A DNA stretch of 64,000 nucleotides, from NCBI GenBank assembly GCA_965261975.1, contig CBDHEC010000036.1, forward strand, positions 1-64,000, written 5' to 3'. The DNA is from Alphaproteobacteria bacterium. Lineage in GTDB: Bacteria; Pseudomonadota; Alphaproteobacteria; UBA6615. The notes beneath the pieces were generated by a model that made no database searches, was not told the origin of the DNA, and was given only the letters and a program-made list of their open reading frames with translations. This document shows positions 57,534 through 64,000 of the stretch, piece after piece. A program made the position numbers and the translations under genes. Position 1 is the stretch's first letter; each line of letters begins with the position of its first letter.

Positions 57534-59213
57534 GTGAACACCCCGCAGTATGTCTATGTCATGAAGGGCCTGACCAAGGCCTTTCCTGGCGGCCGCAAGG
57601 TCGTCGAAGATGTCTGGTTGAGCTTCTTGCCCGGCGCAAAGATTGGCGTCCTGGGACTGAACGGCTCCGGCAAATCCACCCTGCTCAAGATCATGGCCGG
57701 CCTTGATAGCGAGTATCAGGGTGAAGCCTGGGCTGCCGATGGCTTGAAGGTGGGTTTTCTGCCCCAGGAACCCGATCTCGATCCCGACAAGGATGTGATG
57801 GGCAATGTCATGGAAGGCGTTGCCGAGACCAAGGCGCTGCTCGACCGTTTCAACGAAGTGAGCATGCGCTTTGGCGAGGATCTCACCCCCGAGGAGATGG
57901 ATGCGCTGATCGCGGAGCAGGCCGAGTTGCAGAACGAAATCGACGCCAGCGATGCATGGGAGCTGGATCGCCAGATCGAGATCGCTATGGACGCACTTCG
58001 GTGCCCGCCCGGCGAGGCCGACGTCTCGAAACTTTCGGGCGGTGAGCGGCGCCGGGTGGCACTTTGCCGTCTGCTGTTGTCCCGGCCCGACATGCTTCTG
58101 CTCGATGAGCCGACGAACCATCTCGATGCGGAATCCGTTGCCTGGCTTGAGCGCTTTCTCGAGGATTATTCAGGCACCGTGGTGGCAGTGACCCATGATC
58201 GTTACTTCCTCGACAATGTCGCCGGCTGGATTCTCGAACTGGATCGCGGCAAGGGGCTTCCCTTCGAAGGCAACTACAGCGCTTGGCTTGAGGCGAAAGA
58301 GAAACGTCTGGCCCAGGAAGAGCGCGAGGAAACTTCCCGCCAGCGCACGATCAAGCAGGAGCTTGAGTGGGTGCGCCAAAGCCCACGAGCCCGCCAGGCC
58401 AAGAGCAAGGCACGCGTCGATGCCTATGAAAAGTTGGTTGCCGCGAGTCAAGACAAGGCGCCTGAACGCCAGCAGATCACGATCCCGCCGGGCCCGCGTC
58501 TCGGCGACCTGGTGATCGAGGCGGAGGGCATTCGCAAGGGTTTCGGAAATCACCTGTTGATCGACGATCTGAGCTTCAAGATGCCGCCGGGCGCGATCGT
58601 CGGTGTGATCGGGCCGAATGGCGCGGGTAAAACCACCTTCTGCCGCATGGTGACGTCGCAGGATACGCCCGATTCAGGAGATTTTCGGATCGGCGATACC
58701 GTGGTGATGGGATATGTGGACCAGAGCCGCGACGCCCTGTCAGATGAAAAGACTGTCTGGGAGGAGATTTCCGACGGTATTGATGTGATCGAGCTCGGCA
58801 AACGCAATGTGCAGAGCCGCGCCTATGTTGCCGGGTTTAATTTCAAGGGATCGGATCAGCAGAAACCTGTCGGCCAATTGTCCGGCGGCGAGCGCAACCG
58901 GGTGCATCTTGCGAAGGTTCTGAAGTCCGGTTCCAACTTCCTGATGCTGGATGAGCCGACCAATGATCTGGACGTCGATACGTTGCGTGCGCTCGAGGAG
59001 GCGTTGCTGGAGTTCCCCGGTTGCGCGATCGTGGTGAGCCATGACCGTTGGTTCCTCGACCGGATCGCGACCCATATTCTCGCGTTCGAGGGAGACAGCG
59101 AGGTGGTGTGGTTCGAAGGTAACTACGATGCCTATACAGAGGACCTGAAGCGCCGGAAGGGAGCCGATGCCGATCAGCCTCACCGGATCAAGTACAAGCC
59201 TCTCCAGCGCTGA
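57534..59213 (+). CDS. ettA: Energy-dependent translational throttle protein EttA (ABC-F)
   Basis: [16 protein letters not shown], two LSGGE, DEPTN, ELEWVRQ, C-terminal HRIKYK. Confidence 0.96.
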   Translation: MNTPQYVYVMKGLTKAFPGGRKVVEDVWLSFLPGAKIGVLGLNGSGKSTLLKIMAGLDSEYQGEAWAADGLKVGFLPQEPDLDPDKDVMGNVMEGVAETKALLDRFNEVSMRFGEDLTPEEMDALIAEQAELQNEIDASDAWELDRQIEIAMDALRCPPGEADVSKLSGGERRRVALCRLLLSRPDMLLLDEPTNHLDAESVAWLERFLEDYSGTVVAVTHDRYFLDNVAGWILELDRGKGLPFEGNYSAWLEAKEKRLAQEEREETSRQRTIKQELEWVRQSPRARQAKSKARVDAYEKLVAASQDKAPERQQITIPPGPRLGDLVIEAEGIRKGFGNHLLIDDLSFKMPPGAIVGVIGPNGAGKTTFCRMVTSQDTPDSGDFRIGDTVVMGYVDQSRDALSDEKTVWEEISDGIDVIELGKRNVQSRAYVAGFNFKGSDQQKPVGQLSGGERNRVHLAKVLKSGSNFLMLDEPTNDLDVDTLRALEEALLEFPGCAIVVSHDRWFLDRIATHILAFEGDSEVVWFEGNYDAYTEDLKRRKGADADQPHRIKYKPLQR

Positions 59214-59256
59214 GTTCGCTAATCGTTATCTGGATGTCGGGCCGAGGTCTGGCGGA

Positions 59257-59874
59257 CTAGCTGTCTCGCATCTTGCGCAACTGCTCCAGCAGTGACGACA
59301 ATTTTCGACCGTTGTTGCGAATGAAAGAGTTGAACTCGTCACGTTGCGTCTGCGCCATGCTGAAGCCCGCAACATTCACATCGGTAATCTTGATTACGTC
59401 ACCCAGGCTCGCGACCCGCCATTCGATCAGAACGGGTGACGTCGGGCTGGTGAAAAACTCGCTGGACACCAGCGCCACCTTTTCCGGGCCGTTACTCGGA
59501 ACATTCGTGGCGCCACGGACTTCGAATGCCTGACCGGAATACTGTGAAAACCGGTCCGCCCATGTGGTGACGATCACGTCTTCGAAGAGCACGAGATATT
59601 CCTCACGCTCCTGCTTGGACGCGCCCCGCCAGTAACGGCCCAGCGCGAAGCGCGCAACGCCGTCGACGGCGAATCCTTCGCGGAACAGATTTCTGAACTG
59701 CACGCGCCGTTCGTCGGTGGTGATATCGGAATCGGTCAGCGTCGTGATCGCGCGATCGGACAGCGTCTTGATGAATTTGACGGACGTGTCCAGATGATCG
59801 TCAGCCTGCACCGACGGGGCGGTGAAGAACAATGCGAGGACAACAACGAACGCCGTTGTGAAGCGCACGGTCAT
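59257..59874 (-). CDS. mlaC: MlaC/Ttg2D phospholipid-binding periplasmic protein
   Basis: RFALGRYWR, KITDVNVAGFSMAQTQRDEF; next to mlaA. Confidence 0.85.
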   Translation of the reverse strand: MTVRFTTAFVVVLALFFTAPSVQADDHLDTSVKFIKTLSDRAITTLTDSDITTDERRVQFRNLFREGFAVDGVARFALGRYWRGASKQEREEYLVLFEDVIVTTWADRFSQYSGQAFEVRGATNVPSNGPEKVALVSSEFFTSPTSPVLIEWRVASLGDVIKITDVNVAGFSMAQTQRDEFNSFIRNNGRKLSSLLEQLRKMRDS

Positions 59875-59885
59875 GGGCCCCGGCC

Positions 59886-60683
59886 TTACTTTCCTGACGC
59901 GGTTTCTTTGGCGTCCGATTTCTCTTCCAGGTCCAACCCAAGCGTCGGAGCGGGCTGAACTGGAACCGATCCACCATTCCGAACCTGAGCCTCGCGCTGC
60001 TGGCGATACAAGCTGCGTACGGCCGCATAATAGTCGAGCGAGTTTCGCTGCAGATCCCGGACCTGGTCCACGTTGTTGGAGCGCACGACAACAGCGTTGC
60101 CGGCAGCACGACCGATGGCCACCGGAGTGTCCGTTACCCATCCCACCGGATCGAAGAAGAAGTCGCCGATCGCGCCGAAGGTTCCGCGGACCGAAGACGG
60201 TCCGAGCAAGGGCAGCATGACGTAGGGGCCAGGCTCGAAGCCCCAGACGGCAAGTGTCTGGCCTGCATCTTCGTATACGGGCTCCTGGTCCGGCATCGTG
60301 TTGCCGAGGAGAAATGTCGGGAGTGCGGTGAAGAAACGCGTCGCCGCGAGATTTGCCCGATCCATATCGCCCTGCAGGAGCGAATACAGGAAGCTCATCG
60401 GCATGAAGAGATTGGTGATGAAGTTCTCGACCGGCGGTTTCAGCTCATCAGGAAACAGATCGCGGTAGGTGACAGCCGTAGGCTGCAGAACCAATTGGTC
60501 GACTGCGACATTGGCCGAGAAGATCAGACGGTTCGCCGGTTCGAAGGGATCATTCGCTTCTTCGTAAGCGGCCATCGCCTCCTTGTCGCCGGTCGGCGGA
60601 ATCGCACATGCCGTCAGCGCGCCCATCAGCAGCGCCGCAAACAAGAACCGAGAAGGTCGTAGGTCAGTAAGTGTTTTCAACAT
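59886..60683 (-). CDS. mlaA: VacJ/MlaA lipoprotein
   Basis: Lipobox LTAC, DPFEPANR, EDAGQTLAVWG..GPYVMLPLLGPS. Confidence 0.9.
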   Translation of the reverse strand: MLKTLTDLRPSRFLFAALLMGALTACAIPPTGDKEAMAAYEEANDPFEPANRLIFSANVAVDQLVLQPTAVTYRDLFPDELKPPVENFITNLFMPMSFLYSLLQGDMDRANLAATRFFTALPTFLLGNTMPDQEPVYEDAGQTLAVWGFEPGPYVMLPLLGPSSVRGTFGAIGDFFFDPVGWVTDTPVAIGRAAGNAVVVRSNNVDQVRDLQRNSLDYYAAVRSLYRQQREAQVRNGGSVPVQPAPTLGLDLEEKSDAKETASGK

Positions 60684-60978
60684 TATCTCTATTCTACATC
60701 TCAAGTTCGGCTCCCTTACCCAGGAAACAAAGCCGAATGCGTGACCTGCACACAAAACAACCGCCTCACCATGCCCTGATGCCCTTGAGGGAACCTTAAC
60801 GTGCCGCCCCCGCGACAAGTCTCGGTCAGGTCGTGTGATGAATTTGCTACCACAGCCCTTGGTACAGCGCCACACGGCAAGCAGGAGATCAGAACAGTAC
60901 TCGAAAAATGTTGCAAAAAGATACAGTTTTCAAAGACGAATCGAGCACAGCCACGAGAAATTTGTGGCAAACATAAAG

Positions 60979-60998
60979 ATATAAATATATGTTTATGT
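60979..60998. promoter_or_regulatory. Candidate SahR operator
   Basis: 20-bp imperfect palindrome ATATAAATATATGTTTATGT (16/20) upstream of sahR-metF-metH. Confidence 0.55.
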
Positions 60999-61093
60999 CA
61001 ATGGGCGTGCGAATCGACGACGTTCGTCCCGATTCGTCTCAGTTCCAACGACAACCAAATCCCGACAGATACTGGAAAGAGCCCGGCACACTC

Positions 61094-62062
61094 ATGGACC
61101 AAGTCCTGGCAATACTGCGTGCGGCCGGAGAGCCAAACCGCCTTCGGATTCTGGCCCTGTGTGCCCAGGGCGATCTGACCGTCAGTGAACTGACCCGAAT
61201 TCTCCGGCAAAGCCAGCCCAGCATTTCCCGGCACCTCAAGGTCTTGTGTGACGCCGGGCTGCTGGAGCGCCTGCAGGAGGGCAGTTGGGCATTCTTTCAT
61301 CTCGCGGCAGGCACGCCGACAGCGGATATTCTGCGTTCTCTTATTGAGGAAATCGACGATACGGACGGGATTATTGCGCGCGACAGGGTGCGCCTTGGCG
61401 AAATCAAGGATGCCCGGGCCCGGCTTGCCGAAGCCTACTTCCGAGAAGCCGCCGGTTCCTGGGACCAAATCCGGGCGCTGCATGTCGATGAGGGGGTGGT
61501 CGAGGGCGCGATCCAGGATCTTCTGGCGGGTGAAGTCCATGACAACCTGCTGGACGTCGGGACCGGGACAGGTCGCATGCTCCAACTGCTCGGGGGACGT
61601 GTGCGTGAGGCGGTGGGGGTCGATCAGTCACACGATATGCTCGCCGTCGCGCGGACCAACCTTGCCGAGGCGCAATATCGCAATTGCAACGTGCGTCAGG
61701 CAGACATGTATCAGCTGCCGTTCGAAGACCAGTCATTCGATCTCGTCATTCTGCATATGGTGTTGCATTTCGCCGACGAACCCGGTGATACGATCCGAGA
61801 AGCCGCGCGCGTCCTCAAGTCGGGCGGTACTTTCGTGGTGGTGGATTTCGCGCCCCATGCCATGGAGGAGCTTCGGGACAACCACGCGCATCGCCGCCTG
61901 GGCTTTCGGACCGAGGAAGTCGAGCATTGGGCGGCGGAGCAGGGGTTGCAAACGACCGACATACGCACCCTGCCGGGCAACTCGCTCAACGTCACACTAT
62001 GGAAAACCCGACGGCCGGCAGACGTGCAGGCTATCGACACACGCCCTCGGGCCAGCGCCTAG
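61094..62062 (+). CDS. sahR: ArsR-HTH / SAM-binding methyltransferase-fold regulator (SahR)
   Basis: LTVSELT..QSQPSISRHLK; LLDVGTGTG; HAHRRLGF; precedes metF-metH. Confidence 0.85.
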   Translation: MDQVLAILRAAGEPNRLRILALCAQGDLTVSELTRILRQSQPSISRHLKVLCDAGLLERLQEGSWAFFHLAAGTPTADILRSLIEEIDDTDGIIARDRVRLGEIKDARARLAEAYFREAAGSWDQIRALHVDEGVVEGAIQDLLAGEVHDNLLDVGTGTGRMLQLLGGRVREAVGVDQSHDMLAVARTNLAEAQYRNCNVRQADMYQLPFEDQSFDLVILHMVLHFADEPGDTIREAARVLKSGGTFVVVDFAPHAMEELRDNHAHRRLGFRTEEVEHWAAEQGLQTTDIRTLPGNSLNVTLWKTRRPADVQAIDTRPRASA

Positions 62063-62070
62063 GAACACTC

Positions 62071-62979
62071 ATGGGAACTCAGTCAGACAATATCGAACAG
62101 GCCGGTGAAGACCGACAGCTATCCGTCAGCTTCGAGTTCTTTCCGCCGAAAACACCGGAGATGGAAGCCTCGTTGTGGGACACCATCTGTGACCTCGCGC
62201 CGATCGGCCCGTCCTTCGTCTCGGTGACGTATGGCGCCGGCGGTTCGACGCGAGAACGAACCCATGCGACGGTTTCGCGGATCGTCAACGAAGCGGGGCT
62301 CACGGCAGCGGCGCATCTCACCTGCGTCGCCGCCACGCGGGACGAGATCGAGAGTGTGGCACGAGATTACTGGGCCGCGGGCGTTCGCCATATCGTTGCT
62401 CTGCGTGGCGACCCGCCGGAAGGCGAGACAACCTATACTCCCCATCCCGACGGCTATGCCTACGCCGCCGACCTGGTGGCGGGACTGCAGTCGGTCGCGC
62501 CGTTCGAAATATCGGTGGCGGCGTATCCTGAGACCCATCCCGAGGCGCCCAGCCCGGCATTCGATATCGAAAACCTGAAGCGCAAGGCCGATGCGGGCGC
62601 CACCCGGGCGATCACGCAGTTTTTCTTCGAGAACGGCGCGTTTCTGCGGTTCCGGGACGAGGTTGCCACGGCCGGGATCGATATCCCCGTGGTGCCGGGA
62701 ATCATGCCGGTCGGCAATTTCAAGAGCATGACCCGGTTTGCCGCCATGTGTGGCGCCAGTGTGCCGGCATGGCTGGCCAAGGCATTCGAGGGCCTCGATG
62801 ACGACCCGGCGGGTCGGGTCGAGGTCGGGGAACGCCTCGCGAGTGAGCAATGCCTCGAACTTCGGTCTCACGGGATCGACAACTTCCATTTCTACACATT
62901 GAACCGCGCGGACATGACCCATGCGATCTGTCGCAATCTGGGCGTGGCCGAAGACGGTTCGGAGATAAAGCCGACATGA
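62071..62979 (+). CDS. metF: 5,10-methylenetetrahydrofolate reductase
   Basis: SFEFFPPK, SVTYGAGG, ALRGD, ITQFFF, HFYTLN. Confidence 0.97.
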   Translation: MGTQSDNIEQAGEDRQLSVSFEFFPPKTPEMEASLWDTICDLAPIGPSFVSVTYGAGGSTRERTHATVSRIVNEAGLTAAAHLTCVAATRDEIESVARDYWAAGVRHIVALRGDPPEGETTYTPHPDGYAYAADLVAGLQSVAPFEISVAAYPETHPEAPSPAFDIENLKRKADAGATRAITQFFFENGAFLRFRDEVATAGIDIPVVPGIMPVGNFKSMTRFAAMCGASVPAWLAKAFEGLDDDPAGRVEVGERLASEQCLELRSHGIDNFHFYTLNRADMTHAICRNLGVAEDGSEIKPT

Positions 62980-64000
62980 TTCAGATGCGAAGCAAGAAGG
63001 CACTCGTCGACGAACTGACGGAACGCATCGTCGTTCTGGATGGGGCGATGGGAACCGAGATTCAGGCCTTGAACCTGGTTTCGGCCGACTATCACGGCAA
63101 GCATTTTGAAGGTCTGGGGAACGACCTGACGGGCAACAACGATATCCTCAACCTGACCGCCCCCGACGCCATCCGCGATGTTCATCTGAGTTATCTGGCG
63201 GCAGGTGCCGACATCGTGGCCACCAATACATTCAACGCCACCACGATTTCCCAGGCCGATTACGCGATGGAAGAATATGTGGTTGAGATCAATTCCGAAG
63301 GCGCGCGGCTGGCCCATGAGGCGTGCGACCAGGTGATGGACAGCGAACCCGGGCGTACTTGCTGGGTTGCCGGTGCCATTGGACCGACGAACAAGACGAC
63401 CTCCATATCACCCGACGTGAACGACCCCGGTTTCCGCGCGATCGATTTCGACACGCTGAAGGAGTCCTACAAGCAAGCGGCACGCGCACTGCTCGTCGGC
63501 GGCGTAGACCTGTTTCTCATCGAGACCATCTTCGACACGCTGAATGCCAAGGCCTGCATCTTCGGGCTCGAGGAGTTGTTCGAGGAAACCGAGGAACGTC
63601 GGCCCATACTCATTTCGGGCACCATCACCGACCTGTCCGGCCGGACCCTGACCGGCCAGACACCCGAGGCGTTCTGGAATTCGGTCCGCCATGCCCAGCC
63701 GCTGACGATTGGTTTGAATTGTTCAATGGGCGCCGAGGGCATGCGGCCCTACCTCGTCGAGCTGTCCCGGATCGCGGATACCTATATCTGTGCCTATCCC
63801 AATGCCGGCCTTCCGAATGAATTCGGTGAGTATGACGAGCAGGCCGAGGAAACGGCCGGTTTCTTGGGCGAGTGGGCCCAAGAGGGCCTGTTGAATATCG
63901 TCGGAGGCTGTTGCGGCACGACGCCGGCGCATATCGCGGCCATCCGTAAGGCCGTCGACGGGGTGGCACCACGCGCCGTGCCGGAGCGTCCGACGGCGAT
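62976..64000 (+). CDS. metH: B12-dependent methionine synthase (homocysteine-binding domain), 3' truncated by window edge
   Basis: Not in ORF track; reads MIQMRSKK...VLDGAMGT, TNTFNA, ETIFDTLNAKA, GLNC, PNAGLP, GGCCGT. Confidence 0.95.
   Translation, partial: MIQMRSKKALVDELTERIVVLDGAMGTEIQALNLVSADYHGKHFEGLGNDLTGNNDILNLTAPDAIRDVHLSYLAAGADIVATNTFNATTISQADYAMEEYVVEINSEGARLAHEACDQVMDSEPGRTCWVAGAIGPTNKTTSISPDVNDPGFRAIDFDTLKESYKQAARALLVGGVDLFLIETIFDTLNAKACIFGLEELFEETEERRPILISGTITDLSGRTLTGQTPEAFWNSVRHAQPLTIGLNCSMGAEGMRPYLVELSRIADTYICAYPNAGLPNEFGEYDEQAEETAGFLGEWAQEGLLNIVGGCCGTTPAHIAAIRKAVDGVAPRAVPERPTA

Noticed and set aside
60684-61093. SAM-II/SAM-alpha riboswitch before the met genes
   Set aside because: Characteristic GTGATTT...GCTAAA elements not found

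Overview
GC-rich alphaproteobacterial chromosome segment (Rhodospirillales-like gene order; this assignment is an inference). Core blocks are msrP, lsrB/vtlR-like LysR, trxB, frmA, lrp, greA, carB/carA, yqeY-dnaG-rpoD, tRNA-Ile2(CAT), yhhQ/queA/queG, ettA, mlaC/mlaA and sahR-metF-metH. An accessory region runs from the tRNA to about 52 kb. Highlights: (1) an in-frame UGA in a W-U-P-Y-C motif followed by a bacterial SECIS-like hairpin, indicating a peroxiredoxin-like selenoprotein that the ORF track splits in two (29427-30071); (2) a catabolic cluster around a two-subunit B12 acyl-CoA mutase whose active-site residues differ from methylmalonyl-CoA mutase; (3) an unannotated AbcR-like, CUCCC-rich sRNA downstream of the LysR gene with a LysR box; (4) a decayed tRNA-adjacent islet with an amber-interrupted LuxO-like regulator, an H-box-less hybrid kinase and two cryptic gene 3' remnants; (5) an FNR/FixK-type promoter positioned for a leaderless FNT-sthA transcript; (6) an ELM1-like/2OG-oxygenase/large unknown protein operon. 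Dense frameshifts at about 45.9-48.8 kb look like consensus errors. No CRISPR array, rRNA, integrase or transposase was seen. All calls are from reading the sequence; no database searches were run.
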